Positions 1 through 9,631 are shown, counted from the first letter of the stretch. The stretch: DNA of 49,031 nucleotides from Burkholderiaceae bacterium (GCA_043788365.1 JAYVTZ010000008.1:1-49031); one strand, 5' to 3'. Program-made: numbers and translations. Notes: generated from the letters alone by a model not told the origin.

Positions 1-96
1 TCCTCTACCAGCTCTTGGAGTAGGTAATCGTCCTGTAGAGCAATAGCGCTAGATACTAGGGTGTCTACGGTTTTAACTAAGTTGACTCCACAGCAC

Positions 97-135
97 CAAA
101 AAGATGACCCCACTTTATGTGGGGTTTTCTTTTTG
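97..135 (+). terminator. Rho-independent terminator-like hairpin
   Basis: caaaaaga-tgaccccac/tttat/gtggggtt-ttctttttg: GC stem followed by a T-rich tail, directly after ...CAGCACCA. Confidence 0.7.
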
Positions 136-277
136 TGAGGGCTAAAGGGACTCTAACGGGACAGTATCAGTATGCAGTACCCGCCCTTGGTTTTTCAGCT
201 GTGCTGTTTTAATTTTAAAAAAATGACAAATTTATGAAAAGCATATAACTGATTAATTTTGGATTTATAATGACCAT

Positions 278-537
278 ATAAATGATGAAATTATTCAAGA
301 CTTCAAACAGTTTGTAACCACTGCTGTATCGCAGCAACTTGTGCCAATAATAGAGGGCCAAGAAAGATTGTAAGCTAAAGTCGATAATTTAGAATTAAGT
401 ATAGATGGCATAGAGTCCAAGATTGACGATCTGTCACTCGAGTTGATGAAGCTTTAGAGGCTTCAAATCAAGCTACAGACCTTCAATTAAAAGACCACAA
501 TCGTCGCATAATCCGTCTAGAGCGAAAAGCTGCATAG
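278..537 (+). pseudogene. Degraded small coiled-coil protein gene, paralog of 48259-48531
   Basis: Manual translation: (ATA)NDEIIQDFKQFVTTAVSQQ...ERL* (TAA 371-373) AKVDNLE...KIDDLS, frameshift, VDEALEASN...LKDHNRRIIRLERKAA*. Same motifs as 48259-48531 (DLKQFI, KIDDL, HDVRITKLEQQTA). Confidence 0.7.
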
Positions 538-640
538 TAACCAACCTTTTTTACATTCACAGAAAACATCATTAAAAGACTGAATTTGTGGTACTCTAAT
601 ATCTAAAAACTATTAAACGAATAGTTATTTAGAAATACAA

Positions 641-679
641 TTGACAAATATTCAAGATATGTGCTTAAATAGTATTTAA
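641..679 (+). promoter_or_regulatory. Sigma70-like promoter with an overlapping palindrome
   Basis: TTGACA 641-646, TGcTTAAAT 662-670, palindrome ttaaata-g-tatttaa 665-679; GGAGG RBS before ATG 711. Confidence 0.45.
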
Positions 680-710
680 ATAAAGTGTATCGGGAGGCAA
701 CGGCGAAATC

Positions 711-1406
711 ATGAAAGATTTTACTAGAGGAATAGCCCTAAACCAGCAAGCTCTTTGGGATGGTCAGCACGCTGTTCGAGGCGGCCAAAACGGACTCGAA
801 GGTGATCACCTTGTCGATGTTCCTAACGAAGCAGCGGTTATGTTCAGTGGGCTACTTGCACCGAAGTCTACAATTGCCGAAGTCGGTTCAGCAAATGGGC
901 GAGATGCTAGGTATTGGGCTAAACAAGGCCACGATGTGCTTTGTATGGATTTCTCCAGGGTTGCCCTTAGCCAACTGGTCGAACACGCTGAGCGCCAAGG
1001 CGTAACCGAGCGCATAAAACCGATTCATTTCGACGCTAACGCCGGCAGACTGCCTGAAGCGGTTGGTGATAGTATTGACGGTTTCTATGCCCGATCAGCT
1101 CTCCACGTCGATGATGACATGCTCATGACGCTGATGGGGGATGTCGATGAGCGACTACAGCCCGGTGGTGTGGTGCTGATTGAGGGCAAGAGCGCCCACG
1201 ACACCAAGATTGCACGTAGCCTAGATATTGGTAACGGCTTAGCGGTCGACCCAGAAGAAAACGGACACCTGCGCCGCGTCTGGACGCCAGAGTCACACGA
1301 CAGGCTTTGCAAGGCTTTCGGCTGGTCGGCATTTCAACAACAAACCAGTGGTGAGCAATGGGCAGGAACAGATGCGACTTTCATACGACTAGTGGCAATC
1401 AAGTAA
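711..1406 (+). CDS. Class I SAM-dependent methyltransferase
   Basis: Motif I IAEVGSANGRD, MDFS, RSALH and LQPGGVVLIE motifs; GGAGG RBS. Confidence 0.8.
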   Translation: MKDFTRGIALNQQALWDGQHAVRGGQNGLEGDHLVDVPNEAAVMFSGLLAPKSTIAEVGSANGRDARYWAKQGHDVLCMDFSRVALSQLVEHAERQGVTERIKPIHFDANAGRLPEAVGDSIDGFYARSALHVDDDMLMTLMGDVDERLQPGGVVLIEGKSAHDTKIARSLDIGNGLAVDPEENGHLRRVWTPESHDRLCKAFGWSAFQQQTSGEQWAGTDATFIRLVAIK

Positions 1407-1430
1407 CAATCTCTATATAATTGAGAAACT

Positions 1431-1958
1431 ATGACAGATACATCAACACCAAACCCGCGCGCAGTTGTCTCGGCAATTATCGAAAAAGTTGAGGACGGCA
1501 AACGCTATATTTTCATGCAGACGCGCTGGAAGCCACAATCTAGCCCTACTTATCTAGGCGTGCTTGAAATCCCGGCTGGTGGCATTGACGGTTACGAAAA
1601 CGCCTACGACTCTGTCAAACGAGAAGTCAAAGAGGAGACGGGCCTAGACATTGCTCGCTTTATTGACGATGAGCAGACGCCTGTTATGTATGCACGTCCT
1701 GGTGATGCATCGATTGCATTCAAGCCATTTATTTGTCAGCAAGTACTTGAAACTAATGGTGGCCTGCCCTGGGTTGGGTTCGTATTTCGCTGCGAGGCGA
1801 CCGGCACAATCGCTATGCAATCAAGTGAAGCGAAAGACCCACGTTGGGTGTCGGTAGACGAGCTGGACGAACTGCTAAGAAAAACCCCAGACAAGATCTT
1901 TTCACTTCAAGTTGCAACTCTACGTTATTACGTTGATTTTGTTAAAAAACTAAAATAG
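1431..1958 (+). CDS. NUDIX hydrolase
   Basis: Nudix box GGIDGYENAYDSVKREVKEETGL. Confidence 0.88.
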   Translation: MTDTSTPNPRAVVSAIIEKVEDGKRYIFMQTRWKPQSSPTYLGVLEIPAGGIDGYENAYDSVKREVKEETGLDIARFIDDEQTPVMYARPGDASIAFKPFICQQVLETNGGLPWVGFVFRCEATGTIAMQSSEAKDPRWVSVDELDELLRKTPDKIFSLQVATLRYYVDFVKKLK

Positions 1959-1970
1959 TTAACAACTAGA

Positions 1971-2570
1971 ATGACCACTATGACAAGCAGCCCAAACCCC
2001 AAAGTCGATTGGTATTTTGACAAAGCCGTTAAGTGGCAAGATGAAATTAAGTACTTGAGAAAGATAGTTCTTGACTGTGGGCTGAGTGAAGAACTGAAAT
2101 GGGGTGTGCCTTGCTACACTCTAAATGGTAGCAACATACTTTTAATTCATACCTTTAAAGACTACTGCGCTATTTTATTTCACAAAGGCGCCTTACTAAA
2201 AGATGCCGATAATCTATTGATTCAGCAAACCCCCAACGTCCAGTCGGCCCTGCAGTTGCGGTTTATGAGTCTTCAAGACATTACTAGGCTTGAGGTCAAG
2301 ATAAAGGCCAATATAAACGACGCCATTGAAGTTGAAAAATCTGGCCAGGAAGTAGAATTTAAAAAGCATACGGAATTCGCAGTTCCAGAAGAATTACAAT
2401 ATAAATTAAATGAACTACCTGCACTCAAAGATGCGTTTGAGGCCCTGACCCCAGGCCGCCAAAAGGCTTATTTATTATATTTTTCTGCCCCCAAATTATC
2501 CAAAACCCGCGCAGCAAGAGTTGAAAAATACATAGACGTTATATTAGATGGCTTAGGGCTAGGCGACTAA
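1971..2570 (+). CDS. YdeI/OmpD-associated family protein (DUF1801)
   Basis: EELKWGVPCYT, LFHKGALL, AFEALTPGRQKAY motifs. Confidence 0.85.
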   Translation: MTTMTSSPNPKVDWYFDKAVKWQDEIKYLRKIVLDCGLSEELKWGVPCYTLNGSNILLIHTFKDYCAILFHKGALLKDADNLLIQQTPNVQSALQLRFMSLQDITRLEVKIKANINDAIEVEKSGQEVEFKKHTEFAVPEELQYKLNELPALKDAFEALTPGRQKAYLLYFSAPKLSKTRAARVEKYIDVILDGLGLGD

Positions 2571-2578
2571 TTTACAAG

Positions 2579-3088
2579 ATGAAAAGAATATCAATCGTTG
2601 GCTGTCCGGGGGCTGGAAAATCGACATTTGCTCGGGCATTGTCTGCTAAGACAAAAATACCACTACTGTACCTTGATTATTATTATCACGAAAAGGGTAA
2701 AGATTACGAGACAAATAAACAAGCTTGGCTAGATAAGATTGGCGAGTTAACATCGGGAAATTCTTGGATAATTGAGGGAAATTATGGATCATCATACGAA
2801 CAAAGAATACCTAAATCTGACACATTAATTTTTATGGATATGCCGGCTTGGCTTTCGATTTGGAGTGTTATCAGAAGAAGAGTTCAATACCACAACAAGC
2901 TTCGGGCTGAAATGCCAGATGATTGGGTCGAAAAGATAAATCCGGTATTTTTTAAGTTCGTTGTTATGTTCAGAATTAAATCTCGCAAAGACGTGCTGGC
3001 GGGTATTGAGAAATACAAACACAAAGATTTAGAGATTTTGACTTTCAAGAGCAGAAAAGCTGCTTATAAATGGCTAGACGAATTATAA
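2579..3088 (+). CDS. FlaR/topology-modulation-like P-loop kinase
   Basis: Walker A GCPGAGKST, WIIEGNY, DTLIFMD. Confidence 0.8.
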   Translation: MKRISIVGCPGAGKSTFARALSAKTKIPLLYLDYYYHEKGKDYETNKQAWLDKIGELTSGNSWIIEGNYGSSYEQRIPKSDTLIFMDMPAWLSIWSVIRRRVQYHNKLRAEMPDDWVEKINPVFFKFVVMFRIKSRKDVLAGIEKYKHKDLEILTFKSRKAAYKWLDEL

Positions 3089-3136
3089 CTTTCAATTAAC
3101 AGACTATAAACTATAACTTTTTGCTATACTTCAAAC

Positions 3137-4066
3137 ATGAAAATAGTCATCACTGACCCAATCGTAACGATTCCTTCAAAATATTTTGATGAGCTGAAAG
3201 CACTTGGAGCTGAGGTTTATGACGACGTACCTTTGGAAGTACCCGGAATCATTGAACGCTTAAAAGACGCCGAAGTTGCAACAGCCAATTACATCTACAT
3301 AACCAAAGAGGTAATTGATTCCCTACCAAAGTTAAAGTATATTATTGTGCCGGCAGTTGGCTATGACTGGGTCGATGCTGACTATGCCAAGACCAAGGGA
3401 GTTAAAGTAATCAATTGTCCGACATTTGTCACCTTAAGTGTCGCCGAGCATGCCATTGGTTTAATTTTTGCACTTGCAAGACGACTGAACGAAACAACTT
3501 CCGAGCTTAGAAAGGGTAATTGGGATACAACTAAGTTCATCAGCATTCAATTGAGTGGTAAAAAACTAGGTTTAATCGGCTATGGTAACGTCGGCAAGAT
3601 GATCGAGCAGTTGGCTACACCTCTTGGCATGAAGGTCACTTTCGTGAATTCTAAATCAAGTGCAGAAGACGTAGATAATTTACTGACGTGGTCGGATGTG
3701 GTTTGCATCTGTGCACCGTTAAATGATTCAACCAAAGGTATGATAAATGAACGTCGCCTGAGTCTACTTAAAAGTACAGCACTACTAATAAATGTTGGCC
3801 GAGGTGCGATTATCGACCAAATGGCTTTAACCCATGCGCTAAAACGAGGTGAATTCGCCGGTGCAGGATTGGATGTTTTTGTAGGTGAACCAGGTGCAAA
3901 AGGCGCACTGCCTTCCGAAATTCATGAACTGGTAAGCCTGCCAAACGTAATATCGTCACCACATAGTGCCTATAATACTCTCGAAACACGCGAACGCCTG
4001 GGCGCTGAGATGGTCGATAATATTAAATCTTGTATTAACGAGACACCAATTAATATAGTCAACTAA
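3137..4066 (+). CDS. D-isomer-specific 2-hydroxyacid dehydrogenase
   Basis: SVAEHA, GYGNVG, NVGRG, GLDVF..EP, SPHSA motifs. Confidence 0.9.
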   Translation: MKIVITDPIVTIPSKYFDELKALGAEVYDDVPLEVPGIIERLKDAEVATANYIYITKEVIDSLPKLKYIIVPAVGYDWVDADYAKTKGVKVINCPTFVTLSVAEHAIGLIFALARRLNETTSELRKGNWDTTKFISIQLSGKKLGLIGYGNVGKMIEQLATPLGMKVTFVNSKSSAEDVDNLLTWSDVVCICAPLNDSTKGMINERRLSLLKSTALLINVGRGAIIDQMALTHALKRGEFAGAGLDVFVGEPGAKGALPSEIHELVSLPNVISSPHSAYNTLETRERLGAEMVDNIKSCINETPINIVN

Positions 4067-4232
4067 AACAGAAATATTTTTATAGATATGATAATGATTT
4101 ACAAAATCACTATGTACGGACTGGTATATTAGTAATATCTACATAATTGAGCACCTCTGAAATTTAATAAATAATATCCAAAATAACAATTTGGAGTATA
4201 GTGACAATATCTACTAATATTTTGGAGGCAAA

Positions 4233-5175
4233 ATGTCAGCAATTTCTAAGCTAGTTGGTAAATTTAAAACTAAGCCAGGCATTATTACGCTGGTTGTAAC
4301 CCTTGTAATTATTTTTGGCGCTGTTGGCTGGATGATGGGCCACACGTCTCAGCCCAAAACGTCGTCAAAAGATCAAAATAATGGTTCGTCAAATGCCTCA
4401 AACATTGATCCTCAATCGTCAACAGGGGGGGGGTTCGGCAAATAATACTGCGGTTGCAACTGCCACCGGTACTGCTGCTCCTACCCCAACAGCTAGTACA
4501 ACCCCAGCCGCATCACCAACTCCAGCTCTGCCATCGGCTGTATTTGCTGATAATTTCACCGGGCATTATTATCACAATTTTGGAACGATTGACTTTAGCC
4601 AGAGCGGGACTGACCTGACTGGTACTTATACGAATGGTCCGCTAGGCTCGAGTGGAACTATTAAAGCCACTGTATCAGGTTATGTCGCAACCGGATCCTA
4701 TAAGATTGGTGCATCCACCGGTAAGATAGTATTCACTAAAACCGGCGACACCTTCATGGGTACTTACAACGATACTTACAGATGGTGTGGTGCCAAAGTT
4801 GGCGTGGCTTTCCCGTCGGAATGTGGCTTTAATCGTCATTGGTTTGTAAATTACGGTCCAGGAGTTGGTTCGCAGTGCGAGATGGACCTTCATCAAACCA
4901 GTTTAAACGTCACCGGAACGTATTGTAACGGTAGCGTCAGTGGTAGCATTTCGTTCACTGGCGGGTATCAGAAACTTAATGGTACTTGGACAACCAAACT
5001 ACTTACTAGTGGGGCATTTAGCTATTATTTAGCCAATCTTGGCTCTTCCAATCAACAGAAGTGGTTCCAAGGACATTACGATACCAGCGCACCAGCAACA
5101 TACCAATGGTGTGGTGGTTATACAATCGCTAACCAGCCGCAGAATCTTACTCCAGCTCTAACCTGTCTAAAATAA
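4233..5175 (+). pseudogene. Membrane-anchored surface protein split by a frameshift at a G9 tract (4425-4433)
   Basis: ORF 4233-4445 (GGAGG RBS, TM helix) joins in frame to ORF 4381-5175 (Pro/Thr/Ala linker plus two Cys-containing beta-rich repeats) if the tract is G8. Confidence 0.75.
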
Positions 5176-5219
5176 AATTCGCTCGCTAATATAATAGGCA
5201 TTAGTGATATTATTCAGCT

Positions 5220-5615
5220 ATGAAAACAACCACAGAAACCAAACATTATACCCGTCTAAGTTTTATATATCCTTTATCTTATTTGATACCAGCATCCTTG
5301 GTCTTAGTGTTTGCGCCCCGATTTTTGCTTGACCACTTCTCGAGTCATCGCTACTCTGTCGAACTTGCCCGTTTAGCTGGTGCGGCCATGCTGGCATTTA
5401 CTATCATGGTGTTGAACATATTTTTCTATCGTGTTGAGCAACTCTATGATTCGGTAATTTATTGCCGCTTGCCAGTGCTGGCAATCGTTGGTTGGCTATA
5501 TGCTAGTTCGCATGACGAACTATTTCTGATATTGATCATCACCGTTCTGCCCGGTGTATTTTTCTCTACCTACGCCAGAATATACGACAAGAAACAGCAC
5601 GGCACCACAAACTAA
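5220..5615 (+). CDS. Hypothetical 4-TM membrane protein
   Basis: Hydrophobic 131-aa ORF; TGaTATTAT 6 nt before the ATG. Confidence 0.65.
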   Translation: MKTTTETKHYTRLSFIYPLSYLIPASLVLVFAPRFLLDHFSSHRYSVELARLAGAAMLAFTIMVLNIFFYRVEQLYDSVIYCRLPVLAIVGWLYASSHDELFLILIITVLPGVFFSTYARIYDKKQHGTTN

Positions 5616-5728
5616 ACATTATTGCTGAAAGGTCGATCTTTAGTATTCTTGTTATGGTTAAAATATTAGCAAAAAGCAATTACATATATTACGATTAGAG
5701 TAATAAGTAACCACAAGAGGAATAGATT

Positions 5729-6169
5729 ATGGCCAAAAAACAACAAAAATTTGTAGTTAGCACGAGTGAAAGCGGTGTTTATTACGCAAGTCGTATCGTA
5801 CAGCGAATCTCTTTAGCTTTGACAGTGCTATTTACATTCATTTTGTGGGCGACGATGATATCGATTGCCCATAGCCAAATGTTCACTAATTGGTTGAGTG
5901 TGAGTAATGCGATTACATATCCAAACCAATCACAAGTCACGGCTCTATATAACGGCATAAGCACCGAACAAAACCATCTTATGTACATGGCTGTATCTTT
6001 TGCACTGATTACTGCCATAATAAGTGTCGCACTTTTGGCTTTGCCGCGTTTTCGCAAATTCGAAAAAAGTTTAGTTGTGGACGGATTAGTAATGGCGAGC
6101 TTTTGTTTTGTCGTGGCTATCGCTCACCTATCTTTGTATAGGTTTATTCTAGCGCGGGTTGGTCTTTAA
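5729..6169 (+). CDS. Hypothetical membrane protein
   Basis: Three hydrophobic segments; AGAGGA RBS. Confidence 0.65.
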   Translation: MAKKQQKFVVSTSESGVYYASRIVQRISLALTVLFTFILWATMISIAHSQMFTNWLSVSNAITYPNQSQVTALYNGISTEQNHLMYMAVSFALITAIISVALLALPRFRKFEKSLVVDGLVMASFCFVVAIAHLSLYRFILARVGL

Positions 6170-6220
6170 GTTGACGGTTACTATTAACAGATCAACGGTA
6201 GTAATATCATAAAAATTATA

Positions 6221-6892
6221 TTGGCTATAGTCGGCTTGGCCGTAATTGCCGAACTATTGGCTCTAATTTGGTTGTCGTTCAGCATAAAGTCTTACAAAAA
6301 CTACTGGTTTGAGAAGGCAAAACAGCCAGGCGAAATTACTTATTTGGCTCTCGGTGATTCTACGGCTCAAAGTATTGGCGCCACTAGCCCGATGCGTGGT
6401 TATGTTGGGCTGGTATCGGCAAGGTTGCAAGCTAAAACTGGCAGAACAGTAAAAATAATTAATCTCAGTAAAACTGGCGCGACCATGACAGATTACCTGA
6501 ATGAGCAAGTACCACAAATAAAGGATATCAAGGCGGATTTAGTGACGATTGAAATTGGCGCTAATGATGTCGGTGGCTTTAGTCCCGATAAGTTCCGTGG
6601 AGATTTTAAAAAGGTATTAAGATCGCTACCTGACGGTGCATATGTAGCTAACATGCCACTGTTTAATAGTCGTCCAATGAGTACCGAGAAAGCAAAACAG
6701 GCTAGTCGGATTGTCGAAGAGGAACTTAAAAATTACCCAAAACTTCACTTTGTCGACTTGCAAAAGCAGACAATTGAACACGCCAGCGTGTTTGGCTTTG
6801 CACCTGACTTGTTTCACCCTAATAATCTAAGTTACAAAAATTGGGCTGATGCCTTTTGGTTGGGTATTAAAGACTCTAAGAAATCTGATTAA
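6221..6892 (+). CDS. SGNH/GDSL hydrolase, N-terminally anchored
   Basis: LALGDS, GAT, IGAND, DLFHP blocks; exact start uncertain. Confidence 0.88.
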   Translation: MAIVGLAVIAELLALIWLSFSIKSYKNYWFEKAKQPGEITYLALGDSTAQSIGATSPMRGYVGLVSARLQAKTGRTVKIINLSKTGATMTDYLNEQVPQIKDIKADLVTIEIGANDVGGFSPDKFRGDFKKVLRSLPDGAYVANMPLFNSRPMSTEKAKQASRIVEEELKNYPKLHFVDLQKQTIEHASVFGFAPDLFHPNNLSYKNWADAFWLGIKDSKKSD

Positions 6893-6927
6893 GAAGTCTT
6901 TAGAAAACTATTTGATATTATGTTGGT

Positions 6928-7392
6928 ATGGATGTAGAGAAAATTGTTAGGGAGTATATCGATAAGTCGCTACATATGTCACTCGGGACAGTTAGCAATA
7001 ATAAGCCATGGGTTTCAGAAGTACACTTTGTTTACGATGATAATCTAAATTTGTACTGGCGCTCGACAGCAAACCGGCGCCATAGCCGAGAAATAATGGT
7101 TAACCCAAACGTCGCCGGTAATATCGTTCGTCAGCATGCGCTTGAAGAATACCCGCACGCGATTTACTTCGAGGGCACGGCTGAGATAGTTGATGATGTG
7201 GATGAGCAGAAGCGGATCTTGCCATTATTTATCGCAAGAATCGGGGCTGACGAGACGGCGATTGACGATGCTGCAACTGTTGATGGTCACAAATTTTATA
7301 AAATTACTATCAGTAACTGGTACGCCTTTGGTAAATTTGGCGAACTATCGGGTCGTAAGCACGAACTCAAATGGAACGGTGGTAAAAAATGA
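6928..7392 (+). CDS. Pyridoxamine 5'-phosphate oxidase-like split-barrel protein
   Basis: MSLGT...PW...VHFVYD..LNLYW.S...RRHS..I..NPNVAG pattern. Confidence 0.8.
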   Translation: MDVEKIVREYIDKSLHMSLGTVSNNKPWVSEVHFVYDDNLNLYWRSTANRRHSREIMVNPNVAGNIVRQHALEEYPHAIYFEGTAEIVDDVDEQKRILPLFIARIGADETAIDDAATVDGHKFYKITISNWYAFGKFGELSGRKHELKWNGGKK

Positions 7393-7802
7393 CATACAAA
7401 CCTCACCATACAGCAATATCTGCACGAAATTTAAATAACTCGACTGAATTTTATAAAAAACTTGGATTTGTACAAGTCCATAAGTATGACGAAGACGATG
7501 GTTCGATGAGTATCGTCCATATGAGACTAGGTGAATACTATATAGAAATATTTGTCTATAAAAAGAATCAAGACGAACCACGAGTTGATTACGAATACGC
7601 TAATAATCTCGAAAATATTGGAGTAAAACATATAGCAATATCAACCGATGACATTGAAGCTGCACTAGTAGAAATGAAAGCTTTGGGGTTAGCTAATGAC
7701 GATACTAGGATTACAGTTGGCAGGACAAGAGTTAGTTATTTTTTCATTAAAGATCCGGATGGGGTTTGGGTGGAAATCGTTAAAGACGATAGGTACAAAT
7801 AA
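7389..7802 (+). CDS. VOC family (glyoxalase-like) protein
   Basis: HHTAIS, FYKKLGF, KHIAI, FIKDPDGVWVEI. Confidence 0.88.
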   Translation: MTYKPHHTAISARNLNNSTEFYKKLGFVQVHKYDEDDGSMSIVHMRLGEYYIEIFVYKKNQDEPRVDYEYANNLENIGVKHIAISTDDIEAALVEMKALGLANDDTRITVGRTRVSYFFIKDPDGVWVEIVKDDRYK

Positions 7803-8659
7803 TGAAAATTATGATTATAGGCGGATCAAGATTCGTCGGCCCGGTACTAGTCAATCAGCTTATTGTTAGGGGGCATGAAACCACAGTCTTTAACCGTGGT
7901 TTGGTCAATAAAGACTACCCCAAAGAGGTAAAATTTATTCGAGGCGATAGGGAAAAGGGCTTTGCTGTCAATCAGCACTTCGACGTCGTGGTTGATATGT
8001 GTGCTTATAATGGCAAGCAAACCCAAACTGCACTCGATCAACTTGATTACGACCTATTTATTCATTTTGGCTCGGTGGCTTCGTACAAAAAGGCAGAGGT
8101 ATTCCCTCTGACCGAAGAGTCAGAAACAGGTTATTGGCCATTTATGGGCGATTATAGCAGGGGTAAAGTTGAATGCGAGCAAGTACTGGCTAGTAGCGGC
8201 CAGAAGTATGCCACAATCAGACCGAACTACATTCTTGGCCCAGAAAATTATATTGACCGCGAGAACTTCATATATTCACGAATAAAAAGCGGCACGGCAC
8301 TGATTTTGCCAGGCAATGGCCAGGCGTTAAGTCAGTATGTATTTGCAAAAGATGTTGCAGCGATCATAGTCATGATTGCCGAGCAGCAATTAACGGGTGC
8401 CTATAACTGTGCAGGTGATGAGCAGATAACTACTAAAGGACTTGTTGAATATATGGCGACCTTGGTTGGAAAAGAGGCAGTAATTAAATATAACCCATCA
8501 ACTGATGGTGAAAACCATAACGAGGACGAGTTCCCGTTTGCTAATGAGAACATGATAGCCTCTAACCAGAAAGTGAAAGATCTAGGTTTTGAGTTTACGC
8601 CACTATTCGATGGCTTGAAGCAAGATTTTGAGTCATATTATAGCAAGTTATTAGCATAG
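7802..8659 (+). CDS. NAD-dependent epimerase/dehydratase family protein
   Basis: GGSRFVG Rossmann motif, YSRGK (YxxxK), RPNYILGP. Confidence 0.85.
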   Translation: MKIMIIGGSRFVGPVLVNQLIVRGHETTVFNRGLVNKDYPKEVKFIRGDREKGFAVNQHFDVVVDMCAYNGKQTQTALDQLDYDLFIHFGSVASYKKAEVFPLTEESETGYWPFMGDYSRGKVECEQVLASSGQKYATIRPNYILGPENYIDRENFIYSRIKSGTALILPGNGQALSQYVFAKDVAAIIVMIAEQQLTGAYNCAGDEQITTKGLVEYMATLVGKEAVIKYNPSTDGENHNEDEFPFANENMIASNQKVKDLGFEFTPLFDGLKQDFESYYSKLLA

Positions 8660-8892
8660 TTTTTGTGCTAAACGCTTACGCCTATTGACAATATGGTGTA
8701 GAATTTAAGTAGCTTCCTTAAAAAAGAAGTATTATTCTGAAGTAAAGTGTAAAAAGCTTTATGAAGAACGGTAGTTTTGAAATTTAGGGCAAAACCAAAA
8801 AAATCAAAACTCCAAAATAGACATCGAGCCAAAACTCGGTACAATCAGTCAAAGCCTTGATAACTGCAGAGATCAGAGCCTCGACTAAAACT

Positions 8893-8922
8893 AAAAAACA
8901 CTTCAAAAATAGGGGTGTTTTT
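8893..8922. terminator. Bidirectional terminator-like hairpin
   Basis: aaaaaacacttc/aaaaata/ggggtgtttttt at the 3' end of the minus-strand gene 8922-9506. Confidence 0.6.
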
Positions 8923-9506
8923 TAGTTGGAGCCAAATCTGTCTATAAAATCGCCACGCTTTTGCCAAACTATGTGGGCTGACTCAAATCTTTTGGGCTTG
9001 ATGTCGGGCATCATATTTTGCCAAAAAGCTGAGGCGTAACTCATGATAGCCTCGGGTAAATCAATCTCTTCGGTATTAAAGCCTTGATTTTGCTTGGCGC
9101 TTCTTGCCATGACTTCGTAAGTAACACCCATGATTGATAAAATGTCAGGGTCAGTTTTCATATACTCAGCAATCTTGGCATAGCTCTCATCGGCTGATTG
9201 ATTCGTTAAGCCATCAGATTTAGGCATGTGGAAATCTAAATAAGTTTCGCCTGACGCAACTTTGTATTTTTGGGACGGAGTTGCCCAGTCAATTGCGGCA
9301 ACTGTTGGCAAGACCCTAAATATACCTATGCTTTGGGGCCTGGCTTTGTCGAAGCCGAGTTCATCATCACGATACCCCAAAACCTGAGTTTGTAATATTG
9401 CTTTTCTAGCAATGGCGATTTCGGAAGGGTTGGTTAAAGCTGCAAGGTCAGTGTATGCGATATCTAAAGCCTCGGCTCGACTAGGCACATGGTCACTGAT
9501 ATTCAT
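8922..9506 (-). CDS. Hypothetical protein (possibly YkoP-like domain)
   Basis: 194-aa ORF; TGcTATAAT 7 nt before the ATG; LDFHMP...IMGVT...GF pattern only loosely resembles YkoP. Confidence 0.6.
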   Translation of the reverse strand: MNISDHVPSRAEALDIAYTDLAALTNPSEIAIARKAILQTQVLGYRDDELGFDKARPQSIGIFRVLPTVAAIDWATPSQKYKVASGETYLDFHMPKSDGLTNQSADESYAKIAEYMKTDPDILSIMGVTYEVMARSAKQNQGFNTEEIDLPEAIMSYASAFWQNMMPDIKPKRFESAHIVWQKRGDFIDRFGSN

Positions 9507-9564
9507 GCCCCAGATTATAGCACTCGAAGCTTAGCTAAACACAAGTGTAATTGGTGGTTATAAT

Positions 9565-9603
9565 CAGAAAGACACCCCGAGACCTAAGTAGGGTGCCTTT
9601 CTG
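9565..9603. terminator. Terminator-like hairpin
   Basis: cagaaagacaccc...gggtgcctttctg downstream of the minus-strand gene 9632-10054. Confidence 0.5.
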
Positions 9604-9631
9604 TTTGGCGTTAGACCTTTAGATTTTCCAT

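Noticed and set aside
15-45. 5S rRNA 3' end or group I intron core (ggagtaggtaatcgtcc / ctgtagag)
   Set aside because: Matches are too short, and the sequence is cut by the window edge, so it cannot be supported.
8785-8875. c-di-GMP-I riboswitch (gggcaaaacc ... caaagcc)
   Set aside because: The GAAA-tetraloop stem and the required spacing are absent; the resemblance is superficial.
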